A stretch of DNA of 20,000 nt from an uncultured virus (IMG/VR IMGVR_UViG_3300031853_000024) (IMGVR_UViG_3300031853_000024), one strand, 5' to 3'. Counted from the first letter of the stretch, positions 8,684 to 17,505 are shown. Numbers and translations are program-made. The notes: generated by a model from the letters alone, not told the origin.

Positions 8684-10855
8684 ATGAACATAGAAGAAGA
8701 AATTAAGAATGCTCAATATGACCCTACTATGGAAAAGATACTAGGTATTATTGAGCGTAAAACCAATAACAATTCACATAATTATTTTAGAGTTGTTATT
8801 TCATTCTACTTGGCTCAAGTAGCATCATCAATGCGATGTAAAATTAAAGGCAAAGTAAATAACAATGTACCTGTTAATATGTATGCTTGTGGTTTAATGC
8901 AATCAGGAGCAGGTAAAGGTCATAGTCAAGATATACTTGAATCACAGGTAGTAAATAAATTTAGAAATACATTTATGAACTCTACTATGCCACATGTTGC
9001 TAAAACCTCTATTGAAAAATTAGCTACTCAAAAAAGTATTGTAACAGGTATGCCTGTAGATGAATGTTTAAAAGCATTAACTGCAGAATATGTAGATTAT
9101 GGTAATTTTCCATATGCATTTGATAGTGCTACAGGACCAGCATTTAAACAGGTTAGAGCTAAAGCACAGTTAGCTAAAATAGGTGCATTATCATTTATAT
9201 GTGATGAAATAGGTTCTAATATATTAGCTAATCCTGAGTTATTAGCTATTGGTTTGGAAGTATTTGATTTAGGTAAAACCAAGAATAAATTAACTAAGGA
9301 TAGTGCTAATAGTAAGAGAACAGAATCAAGAGAAGACCCTGTACCTACTAATATGCTTTGGTTTGGTACACCTGCTAAATTACTTAATTCAGGTAAAGAA
9401 GAAGATGAGTTCTATTCTCAATTACAGGCAGGATATGCACGTAGATTATTCTATGGTGAGGGTACTAAACAAAATAAGAAATTCAAATCAGGTAAAGAAT
9501 TTAGAGAAGATTTACTTAAAGGTAATTCAGATAAAACATTACAGGATTTATCTGATAATTTAGGTATATTATCTAATCTTCAATACTATGATAAAACATT
9601 ATTGTTAGGTGATGCAGAAGAAGAATTGCTATATGATTATCAGCTTTATTGTGAACAAAGAGCTGAATCATTATCTGATGAGGCTACTGAGGCATTAAGT
9701 AAAGCTGAATTAAGTACACGTCATTGGAAAGCTCTTAAATTAGCAGGTGCATATGCATTCTGTGAAAAGAGTAATACAGTAGAGCGTAGACACTTATTAG
9801 CTGCATTTAAGCTAGCTGAAGATAGTGGTCAATCCTTTAGAAAGATAATGTATAGAGATCCTGACTTTGTTAAGCTTGCTAAGTATATTAGTAAAGCAGG
9901 TAAACCATTAACTTATGCTGCATTAGCAGAGGTATTACCATTCTTTAAGGATAAACAGAAACAAGCTACAGAATATCTTATTACTTTGGCTTCTGCATGG
10001 GGATATGATAATGGTATTGCTATTAAATCATTTGAAATAAATAAAATACCATTCCTTGAAGGACAAAGACTTGAAGAAACCAATCTAAATAAACTTATTA
10101 TTTCTACATCTAATGATATTTCTAATAACTATCAAAACCAAGAAATACCATGGACTAAGATTAATAGATTAGGTAAAGCTAATGGATTACATTGGTGTAC
10201 ACATCATTTTATGCCTGATGCAGCACACCCTGAATTAGGTAATCATAGAAGTCAAAAGTATGTAATACCAGCTTTTAATTTGTTGGCTTTAGATATTGAT
10301 GGTAATTGTTCTATTGAATCAGCTCAAGAGATTTTAAAAAATTATACATATTGTATTTATACTACTAAATCTCATACTGAGGCTACGCCTCGTTTTAGAA
10401 TAATTTTACCAATGAAATATAAATTATTCTTAAATAAAGATGATTATTCAATCTTTATGCAGAATATCTTTGATACATTACCATTTGTAGGTATTGATTC
10501 TCAAACCAAAGATATTGCTCGTAAATGGTTAACTAATGATGGTCAGGTATTTATGAATACAGGTGAATTATTTGATCCTAGACCATTTATCCCTAATACA
10601 GCTCAAGATAGAGAACGTAAGGAGAAGATTAAACAATATGGAGATATTGATAATATTACTCGTTGGTTCTTAGAGCGTATTAAAGAAGGCAATAGGAATT
10701 GTCAATTATTCCGTTATGGTATGATGTTGAAAGACCAAGGTTATGATATTAATGAAGTAGAGAGTAGAATACTTGGATTAAATGCTAAGTTAGAGAAACC
10801 ATTAGATATTAATGAAATTCATACTACTATCATTCAATCAATATCAGTTAAATAA
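8684..10855 (+). CDS. DNA primase (N4-like; N-terminal P-loop domain plus C-terminal primase/PriCT-like domain)
   Basis: SGAGKG P-loop and DEIG in the N-half; LDID, YTTKSH, PRFRIILP and GNRN in the C-half; AAGGAG SD; position matches the N4 replication module. Confidence 0.85.
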   Translation: MNIEEEIKNAQYDPTMEKILGIIERKTNNNSHNYFRVVISFYLAQVASSMRCKIKGKVNNNVPVNMYACGLMQSGAGKGHSQDILESQVVNKFRNTFMNSTMPHVAKTSIEKLATQKSIVTGMPVDECLKALTAEYVDYGNFPYAFDSATGPAFKQVRAKAQLAKIGALSFICDEIGSNILANPELLAIGLEVFDLGKTKNKLTKDSANSKRTESREDPVPTNMLWFGTPAKLLNSGKEEDEFYSQLQAGYARRLFYGEGTKQNKKFKSGKEFREDLLKGNSDKTLQDLSDNLGILSNLQYYDKTLLLGDAEEELLYDYQLYCEQRAESLSDEATEALSKAELSTRHWKALKLAGAYAFCEKSNTVERRHLLAAFKLAEDSGQSFRKIMYRDPDFVKLAKYISKAGKPLTYAALAEVLPFFKDKQKQATEYLITLASAWGYDNGIAIKSFEINKIPFLEGQRLEETNLNKLIISTSNDISNNYQNQEIPWTKINRLGKANGLHWCTHHFMPDAAHPELGNHRSQKYVIPAFNLLALDIDGNCSIESAQEILKNYTYCIYTTKSHTEATPRFRIILPMKYKLFLNKDDYSIFMQNIFDTLPFVGIDSQTKDIARKWLTNDGQVFMNTGELFDPRPFIPNTAQDRERKEKIKQYGDIDNITRWFLERIKEGNRNCQLFRYGMMLKDQGYDINEVESRILGLNAKLEKPLDINEIHTTIIQSISVK
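10379..10391 (+). promoter_or_regulatory. Intragenic hairpin, copy 4 (variant)
   Basis: GAGGC-TAC-GCCTC, a perfect 5-bp stem inside the primase gene with the same C-TAC-G core. Confidence 0.4.
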
Positions 10856-10869
10856 TTACCTTCTATTAA

Positions 10870-11022
10870 TGAGAGAGATTGATAGTGACATTCTTGGTAA
10901 TGTGATAACCGAGGGTCAGATATGTTCGGATTTATCTTTAATTTATGCAGGTGCTTTATAGCAGTGTGCAGAATATTTAAAATTAAGTTCTAAATGTATT
11001 TAGGTAAAAATATCACTCTTCA
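10870..11022 (+). ncRNA. Candidate structured non-coding RNA or origin-like element
   Basis: ORF-free intergenic region in a genome that is otherwise tightly packed. It has several hand-predicted stems, a closing helix and its own terminator (see findings). Confidence 0.35.
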
Positions 11023-11044
11023 AGGGAACGTAAGTTCCCTTTTT
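11022..11044 (+). terminator. Rho-independent terminator
   Basis: AAGGGAAC-GTAA-GTTCCCTT with a GNRA loop, followed by T residues. Confidence 0.85.
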
Positions 11045-11079
11045 ATACTTGAAATTTTTTAATTATTTGTTTAAATATC

Positions 11080-11092
11080 CAGCCTACGGCTG
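11080..11092 (+). promoter_or_regulatory. Hairpin promoter candidate (N4 vRNAP type), copy 5
   Basis: CAGCC-TAC-GGCTG between a terminator and the ATPase ATG at 11115. Confidence 0.7.
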
Positions 11093-11114
11093 TTAATGAA
11101 TTTGGAGAAAAATA

Positions 11115-11849
11115 ATGCCAAAAAGATTAATATGTGTTGTCGGACAATCAGCTAGTGGTAAAACATCATCACTTAGAGGATTAGACGAACAGGAGAAAGT
11201 ACTTTATCTTGGTTGTGAATCAGGTAAAGGTGTTAATTTTCCTAATAAATTCAAAAAGAAAGTTATTACAGAACCATTAAGTGAAATGGTAGGAGATAAC
11301 TCTTATATTAGACAGGCAGGAGCACATCCTGACAAGTTTAATACTATTGTTATTGATAGCCTTACATTCTTAATGCGTATGTTTGAGATTAAATATGTTA
11401 AAACTGCAACCAATACAATGCAGGCTTGGGGATTGTATGGTGATTTCTTTGATAATTTACTTAATCAGGAAATTCCTAAATTACCACAAAATGTTATAAT
11501 TACAGCTCATACAAGTGATGTATATAATGAAAAGGAAATGGTAACTGAAACCAAGATTAAATTAAAGGGAGCAGTTATGAACATTGGTGTTGAATCTTAT
11601 TTCAATGATATTGTTGCTTGCAAGAAAGTACCTATCAGTGAATTAGAAAAATACCAGAATGACCTTCTGCATATTACAGAAGATGATAGAGATTTGGGAT
11701 ATAAGCATGTTATTCAAACACGCTTAACCAAAGAAACCAGAAATGAAAGAATCAGAAGTAACCCTGATACATGGAGTAAAAATGAAACCTACATTGATGG
11801 AAATATTAAATTAGTTTTAGATCGTTTAAATTCATATTATGGAGATTAA
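11115..11849 (+). CDS. AAA-family ATPase, Sak4-like recombination/annealing protein
   Basis: Walker A GQSASGKT, Walker B IVIDSLT, W..Y and ITAH motifs; adjacent to the SSB gene; GGAG SD. Confidence 0.85.
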   Translation: MPKRLICVVGQSASGKTSSLRGLDEQEKVLYLGCESGKGVNFPNKFKKKVITEPLSEMVGDNSYIRQAGAHPDKFNTIVIDSLTFLMRMFEIKYVKTATNTMQAWGLYGDFFDNLLNQEIPKLPQNVIITAHTSDVYNEKEMVTETKIKLKGAVMNIGVESYFNDIVACKKVPISELEKYQNDLLHITEDDRDLGYKHVIQTRLTKETRNERIRSNPDTWSKNETYIDGNIKLVLDRLNSYYGD

Positions 11850-11855
11850 AATATT

Positions 11856-12590
11856 ATGGCAAAAATTGATTTTGGTTTAGATGCACCACTTAATGAAAAA
11901 GAACTTTATGAGAATCCTACTACAAGTACAGTATTAGACTCAGGGTTATATCAAGGTTTATTAAAATACATTTACTTTACAACTGTTGGAGCTAACAAGA
12001 CAAAGGTAGCTAATGCAGTAGTTGAAATTAATGGTATTTCAAGAACATTCTCAATGTTCTATTGCTATTCAGCTACAGGTAAACCAACAAGAATTACTAA
12101 TGGTAAGAAAGAAGTAATGCCAGGTTTTAAACAGCTTAATTCTTTAGCTTACTGTGCATGTGGTAAACCTATTACTGAATGTGACCAAGAAGATAAGACA
12201 ATCATGGTACATGATTGGAAAGAGAATAAGGATAAGCCTGAACTCGTTAAAGCTGTTATTGATGTAATGGATACTAAGATTGGTGTAGCTATCAAGAAAG
12301 TAAATAAACATAAGACAGCTAAAGTAAATGGTCAGAGTGTTCCTACTACAGATACATTCTTTACTAATGAGATTTACTGTTGGCTTACTGCTGATGGTTT
12401 TACAGCTAGTGAAAAAGCTACAGGTGGAGAACCTAATACAGCTAAAAGATTTAAAGAAAATCATACAGGTAAAATCTTTGAAGAAAAGCTTAAAGTAGAA
12501 CCTATTGCACCACCAACTGCAGCAACAGCAGCGGTAGCTAAGAAACCTGCTGATGATTTATTTGCTGATGATGATGAGTCAGACTTATAA
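11856..12590 (+). CDS. ssb: Single-stranded DNA-binding protein (N4-type)
   Basis: Position after the AAA ATPase, LDSGLY N-terminal motif, Ala/Pro-rich linker and acidic tail DDLFADDDESDL. Confidence 0.75.
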   Translation: MAKIDFGLDAPLNEKELYENPTTSTVLDSGLYQGLLKYIYFTTVGANKTKVANAVVEINGISRTFSMFYCYSATGKPTRITNGKKEVMPGFKQLNSLAYCACGKPITECDQEDKTIMVHDWKENKDKPELVKAVIDVMDTKIGVAIKKVNKHKTAKVNGQSVPTTDTFFTNEIYCWLTADGFTASEKATGGEPNTAKRFKENHTGKIFEEKLKVEPIAPPTAATAAVAKKPADDLFADDDESDL

Positions 12591-12981
12591 GCTGTCAATC
12601 CCATATTGGGTTATTCTCCCTCGTAAAAGAGTGGAGGATAAACGTGTGATACTGAATTTCAATCAGTATCACATTTGGGTTCCAGCACAAAGGAATGCTT
12701 ATAAACAATTATATACAGAACAATTACAACCGTTATTATCTCAAATTCCTCAATTACAACACATAAATAATATTACCTATAAAATTTATTATGAACGTAA
12801 TGGTTCTAAACCAGATACAAGAAACATAACTAATTTAATAGATAAATTTTTTTGTGATGCATTAGTACACTACAATATAATTCCTGATGATAATCATAAT
12901 ATTGTAGAAAGTACTACTGATATTTGGGGTGGAGTAGATAAGAATAATCCAAGAATAGATGTAACAATAGAAGGATATTAA
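12574..12981 (+). CDS. RusA-like Holliday junction resolvase
   Basis: D-x-x-N...K...D-A-L......I.DD and NPRIDVTI motifs. Start uncertain (12553-12574). Confidence 0.8.
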   Translation: MSQTYKLSIPYWVILPRKRVEDKRVILNFNQYHIWVPAQRNAYKQLYTEQLQPLLSQIPQLQHINNITYKIYYERNGSKPDTRNITNLIDKFFCDALVHYNIIPDDNHNIVESTTDIWGGVDKNNPRIDVTIEGY

Positions 12982-12983
12982 TA

Positions 12984-13250
12984 ATGAAAATTACATTATC
13001 AAAAGAAGAAGTATTTGAAATCATTAATGAATACACAAAGGCTAAAATGAATATTACTTCAGGTGTTAAAGGGGACTCATTAGATAATTTATCTATTGAT
13101 GTACCATTAACTACTATGGCTAAACCTGTAGAAGTAGACTTAGTAAAAGAAGAACCAAAAGAAGAAAATAAAGAGAAAGAAGAAGTATCTGAGGAAGATA
13201 AACCTGCAGATACTTCAAACATTAACTCTGTAAATGATATATTTGGCTAA
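12984..13250 (+). CDS. Hypothetical acidic protein
   Basis: AAGGA SD; Glu/Lys-rich disordered tail ending in DIFG. Confidence 0.7.
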   Translation: MKITLSKEEVFEIINEYTKAKMNITSGVKGDSLDNLSIDVPLTTMAKPVEVDLVKEEPKEENKEKEEVSEEDKPADTSNINSVNDIFG

Positions 13251-13272
13251 TCTAAATTTGTTTGTTTGGTTT

Positions 13273-13304
13273 GAGAGGATATTAATATATCCTCTCTTTT
13301 TTTT
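13273..13304 (+). terminator. Rho-independent terminator at the convergent junction
   Basis: GAGAGGATAT-TAAT-ATATCCTCTC followed by eight T. Confidence 0.85.
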
Positions 13305-13305
13305 A

Positions 13306-15273
13306 TTACTCTTCTAAATTAGCAAAATCTATTAATTTATTAATAGTGTACTTGCGAGGGAAAGCTAAGTTTAAAGCTGCAGCTACCCATTCAACTGATG
13401 ACATAGAATGCTCATGCATTAGATGTCTATATCCCATATCACCAATCATACTACCACGTTTATACTGAGTCTTTTCAAAGAATTTCTCTACATGATAAGG
13501 CTTAACTGTAGGCATATTAATTTTATATAAATCTACATCAGTATAAGCTTCAGTATATTCCATTACACCAGCATCTTCTCTACAAGCATAATAAGTTATT
13601 TCTTCAGGTATAGGTGTATTCTCAGAAACTAACCATAAACCCACATGAGTATAATCACTATTTAATATCTTAGATAATAATACTTCTATAGGTCTAGGAC
13701 TTACATGTGTAGGATAATTCTTAGGTAATACATTTAATATATGCTCAGGTTGAGCTAATGGAGGTATAAATGTACCTTTTAATGGTGGAGGTAATCTACC
13801 TACTAAATGTCTTAATCTAGGATCTATAGGTAGAGGTGGAAACTCTTTAGATGTTAAATTAGTTTTAATTATTCTAATTAATTTATCAAATATAGACGTT
13901 GCACCTTTATAACATACTAAATAGATACCTTTATTTATTATACCTGTAGGTTCAGGTTCTGGCTCAGGTTCTGGTTCAGGTTCAGGTAATATAGGTTCAT
14001 AGTAATCAAAGTAATTATCTTTCATTACATATGGTTTAGTTTCTGAATATACATGAACTGCAACATAATCTACTATTTTAGATGCATCTTGAGCAACATG
14101 ACTTAATGCACTTGATATATCAGAAAAACCTGGTATTACATCTCTAAAAAAACTACCAGGTAAAGTTCTACCACATATTTCTACTAAATCAAAATACTCA
14201 CCATCAAAGTAAAAATCTTTTAAATTACCATATGTTTCATAAGGTATTACTAGTTCATGCCAAGTAGATAATGTATCAGCAGGTAGTTGTTTTAATACTC
14301 TTATTGAAGGGTTAATCATCCATGACCATATTTTTAATTCTTTGGTTTCAGGGTCTATCCATAAATCTCCAGTAGAGGATAGATTACCATCGACATTTCC
14401 TGTTGTATGAAAATGTATTAATCTATAAATACGATTTTCACCATTAGTCTCAGTAAATTTAAATCTAAATATATAAGCACAATTTAATGTATCGTTAGGA
14501 TCTTCATGGTAATGAATAGAAGTTGGAATCCAGTTTAAAGTAAATCCAGACTTTAATATTGCATTAGTAAACTCAGGTACTTTAGTACCTGCATTATATC
14601 CATCTACTAATTGGTATTCTCCATCTATAACACCATCAGTAGATGTAAATATATAATAGCCATTAACTAGTATTTCATTAGGAAAATTATTGTATTTGCC
14701 TGCTTGAGAATTATTTCCAATATATGCACATTTATCTACCGTGGCACTTCTAAGTAATACATCATTTATACCTAATGTATAATTTCCTATTTTTCTTCCC
14801 GGAGCATATACTTGAGTACCATAATCAGTTATAAAACCAACATAAACTAATAAACTTCCATCTGTATCTGTTTTTAAGTATGGTCTAATATTATCAGAAG
14901 CATATGTACCACCTGTATGAGCACCATTTGCATTTATAGCATATACAAAAGAATGTAATTCCTCATTCTCATAATAAGAGAATATGAAATAAGTACATGC
15001 TTTTTCTTTAAATTGAACACTATAATCAAAAATAAAAGGTACTCTATAAGTATTACCTGTTATTGGCTCACCTCTAGTAGGATTGTCTTTCCAAAATTCA
15101 TTATAAATATCTGCTATATGCCAACCTTCTTCTAATGCAGTAGTTACATTAGACCTGTATTTACATGTACCTCTTGAATCACCAGAGTATTCATATGGAT
15201 AAAAATAAGAAACATAGTACTGCTTGTTAGGAGGCAATACTATAGTTAAATTAAATGGTGCAGTAGTACTCAT
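13306..15273 (-). CDS. Multidomain protein: beta-rich N-terminal region, (PE)n linker, C-terminal permuted papain-like (NlpC/P60-type) domain
   Basis: Start moved to 15273 (TAATG overlap with the upstream stop; GGAG SD). The C-terminal IYLVCYKG...DKLIR...YTHVGL...REDAGV...EKFFEKT...SSVEWVAAAL follows the pattern of phage permuted papain-like proteins as I recall it. Confidence 0.6.
   Translation of the reverse strand: MSTTAPFNLTIVLPPNKQYYVSYFYPYEYSGDSRGTCKYRSNVTTALEEGWHIADIYNEFWKDNPTRGEPITGNTYRVPFIFDYSVQFKEKACTYFIFSYYENEELHSFVYAINANGAHTGGTYASDNIRPYLKTDTDGSLLVYVGFITDYGTQVYAPGRKIGNYTLGINDVLLRSATVDKCAYIGNNSQAGKYNNFPNEILVNGYYIFTSTDGVIDGEYQLVDGYNAGTKVPEFTNAILKSGFTLNWIPTSIHYHEDPNDTLNCAYIFRFKFTETNGENRIYRLIHFHTTGNVDGNLSSTGDLWIDPETKELKIWSWMINPSIRVLKQLPADTLSTWHELVIPYETYGNLKDFYFDGEYFDLVEICGRTLPGSFFRDVIPGFSDISSALSHVAQDASKIVDYVAVHVYSETKPYVMKDNYFDYYEPILPEPEPEPEPEPEPTGIINKGIYLVCYKGATSIFDKLIRIIKTNLTSKEFPPLPIDPRLRHLVGRLPPPLKGTFIPPLAQPEHILNVLPKNYPTHVSPRPIEVLLSKILNSDYTHVGLWLVSENTPIPEEITYYACREDAGVMEYTEAYTDVDLYKINMPTVKPYHVEKFFEKTQYKRGSMIGDMGYRHLMHEHSMSSVEWVAAALNLAFPRKYTINKLIDFANLEE
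13948..13986 (-). repeat. Pro-Glu tandem repeat (PEPEPEPEPEPEP) linker
   Basis: CCW-GAR hexamer repeats over 39 nt. Confidence 0.95.
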
Positions 15274-15470
15274 TATTTTATTCTCCGTAAATATAGAACC
15301 AAAGCTAAAGTACATAAATCTACTATGTTTTGGTCTTTTGGTTTAGTAATAAATTGAAATCCTCTATCCATAAGACTTTGCATCAAAGATTCATTTGATA
15401 CATCTTTTGGATAGAGGAATGTAGTATTCTCTTTAATATGAACTAATAGCTCATCTAACTTATCTTCCAT
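15273..15470 (-). CDS. Hypothetical protein
   Basis: GGAG SD; translationally coupled to the downstream large ORF. Confidence 0.65.
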   Translation of the reverse strand: MEDKLDELLVHIKENTTFLYPKDVSNESLMQSLMDRGFQFITKPKDQNIVDLCTLALVLYLRRIK

Positions 15471-15554
15471 TGTATAGTCTCCATAACAGGTTTTATTCTT
15501 TTATACCTTTTCTAAAAAAATCAATAATAATTTTCATTTTCATTTTTTATTTAC

Positions 15555-15567
15555 GCCCCTACGGGGC
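15555..15567 (+). promoter_or_regulatory. Hairpin promoter candidate (N4 vRNAP type), copy 6
   Basis: GCCCC-TAC-GGGGC, identical to copy 2, 35 nt before the first gene of the paralog array. Confidence 0.7.
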
Positions 15568-15601
15568 TTTAAGATTTATATTTTTTTAAGGATTTATCAT
15601 T

Positions 15602-15991
15602 ATGGATAACTTAAATATATCTAGAAATTTATTTCTTGGTTTAAACAATCACAATGCTACATTTCAATTACTTAGAAGTAGAATAAAAACAGGAACAAGA
15701 AATAATAAAACATATTATATAATTCCTGTTAGAGTAATATATAGAACAATGTGGGGTTATTACTCATTTATTATTACATACAATATATATCAAGAAGGAG
15801 ATATACGTATGGATATAAATAAAAACATATATGCAAAGAATTACAGTGATTATATGGCATTAAAATGCTATTGTGGAACTGAAGTATATAGACCATGTGA
15901 TTTATTAAGGAATTATTTTAATATTCTTGGTTTAATTGACTCTAAAACAACTATAGTTGCTAAACATGGTCTATGGGTATGGCAAGCTTAA
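15602..15991 (+). CDS. YxxILG-family paralog 1
   Basis: Contains RNYFNILGL; AAGGA SD. Confidence 0.7.
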   Translation: MDNLNISRNLFLGLNNHNATFQLLRSRIKTGTRNNKTYYIIPVRVIYRTMWGYYSFIITYNIYQEGDIRMDINKNIYAKNYSDYMALKCYCGTEVYRPCDLLRNYFNILGLIDSKTTIVAKHGLWVWQA

Positions 15992-16245
15992 TAGAAGAAT
16001 TAGCTAAAGCATACGTAGATAGTATGCCTTTAGATACTATAAAAGATAAAATTGAAGATATAGTTACTACATACTATAAAGACAATATATTTACTATAAG
16101 TATTTATTTAAATGACTATTCACGCATACTTATATGGGTAGATTTAAATGATAAGCCTTCTTTTAGCATAAATAGTAATTATATTGGTAGAGCAATAGGT
16201 GAAATAGTTAATTACTTTGAAATACTTGGTTTTAGGGAAATATAA
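15973..16245 (+). CDS. YxxILG-family paralog 2
   Basis: MPLDTI ... VNYFEILGFREI. Confidence 0.75.
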   Translation: MGMASLIEELAKAYVDSMPLDTIKDKIEDIVTTYYKDNIFTISIYLNDYSRILIWVDLNDKPSFSINSNYIGRAIGEIVNYFEILGFREI

Positions 16246-16502
16246 TGACTACACAAGATGTTTATAATTTATATGCAAATTTACCATTAAATTTAGATGA
16301 TATATTATCTATTGAATTTTCTAATGAGAGTAGTGAACAAGAAAGTTGTTACTCTATTAGTATAACATTTAAATACATAATCAAGTTTTCTAATAGAATA
16401 GGGATATTTATATTTCCTGATACTATGGAATATAAAGCTTATCTAGGTGTACCTGAAGAATTACATGCTTATTTAAAAGTAGTAGGGTTTAGGGAAATTT
16501 AA
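16245..16502 (+). CDS. YxxILG-family paralog 3
   Basis: LPLNL ... HAYLKVVGFREI; TAATG overlap. Confidence 0.75.
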   Translation: MTTQDVYNLYANLPLNLDDILSIEFSNESSEQESCYSISITFKYIIKFSNRIGIFIFPDTMEYKAYLGVPEELHAYLKVVGFREI

Positions 16503-16530
16503 ATACAATTTGAATTAAGTTTACATAAAT

Positions 16531-16552
16531 AGGGTACTAAGTACCCTTTTTT
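16531..16552 (+). terminator. Terminator/attenuator inside the array
   Basis: AGGGTAC-TAA-GTACCCT followed by TTTTT. Confidence 0.7.
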
Positions 16553-16565
16553 ATTAGGAGTTATC

Positions 16566-16877
16566 ATGAACAATAATGAATTACTTAATTTAATAGATAA
16601 TATACCACATGAAATATTAACATATGCTAATTCTAAATATACAGTTCAAGAAATAGCATTTCCTCCAAAGAGAGTAGAAATTAATTTTGTTTTAAATAAC
16701 GCTATTGTATGTTTTATAAAAGTATATGGAGATAGCACTATATTCTTATCTTATTTTAATGCTGCATTAGCTTATTTTAATGGTGAAGAAGAAAAACCAG
16801 AATATAGAAATTGCTATATTGCTATGGAACAAACCAAAGCATATCTAGAAATATTAGGATTTCAATGTGTTAATTAG
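16566..16877 (+). CDS. YxxILG-family paralog 4
   Basis: IPHEIL ... KAYLEILGF; AGGAG SD. Confidence 0.8.
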   Translation: MNNNELLNLIDNIPHEILTYANSKYTVQEIAFPPKRVEINFVLNNAIVCFIKVYGDSTIFLSYFNAALAYFNGEEEKPEYRNCYIAMEQTKAYLEILGFQCVN

Positions 16878-16889
16878 AGTAATTAGCTT

Positions 16890-17201
16890 ATGAATAAAAC
16901 AGTATTAGATTTAATAGAAAATATGCCATATGAGATATATGGTAATAAATATTATAAAGGTAGACACTTTAATGATGAAATAGATTATTACCAATGGGAC
17001 TATGATACTAAATCCAAGTATTATAATTATCAAATTAATATATTTGAATGTGGTACTTATTTAGAAATCTATTCATATAAAAATGATGGAATCCTACCTG
17101 TTAGGGAAGTACCTAAAACAATAGCAAATACATTAGATAATATAGCTAGTTATTTTAATATTCTTGGTTTTACTGTAGGGAAAAAATATGACTACAAGTG
17201 A
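16890..17201 (+). CDS. YxxILG-family paralog 5
   Basis: MPYEIY ... ASYFNILGF. Confidence 0.8.
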   Translation: MNKTVLDLIENMPYEIYGNKYYKGRHFNDEIDYYQWDYDTKSKYYNYQINIFECGTYLEIYSYKNDGILPVREVPKTIANTLDNIASYFNILGFTVGKKYDYK

Positions 17202-17505
17202 GATAGTAAAGATAATAAAGAGTATGCCTCCTAACATATATAGTAATGAATATTATAAGAATAATCATTATGTTAATAATATAGGTTATTGTTCATGGAA
17301 TTATGATACTAAATCTAAATATTGCTCTGATTATCAAATTAAATTATTTGAACGTGATGGTAGCATAGGTATCTATCTCTTTAGAATGGATAAGGTTTTA
17401 CCTGTTAAAAAAGGACCTAAAGTAATTATAAATTCATTACAGAGTATAGCAGCTTATTTTAGAATTATTGGTTTTAAGGTAGAAACATTCTATGACCGCA
17501 AATGA
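17188..17505 (+). CDS. YxxILG-family paralog 6
   Basis: MPPNIY ... AAYFRIIGF; close paralog of no. 5. Confidence 0.8.
   Translation: MTTSEIVKIIKSMPPNIYSNEYYKNNHYVNNIGYCSWNYDTKSKYCSDYQIKLFERDGSIGIYLFRMDKVLPVKKGPKVIINSLQSIAAYFRIIGFKVETFYDRK

Noticed and set aside
11049..11077. Sigma70 promoters (TTGAAA-17-TAAATA here, and similar near 15500 and 16510)
   Set aside because: The matches are weak or wrongly spaced and are expected by chance in DNA this AT-rich.
2765..13222. Antisense or nested ORFs in the track (2765-2980, 3974-4189, 5255-5464, 9097-9282, 9303-9563, 12144-12464, 12914-13222)
   Set aside because: They lie within or opposite well-supported genes, have shadow-like composition and show no convincing RBS.
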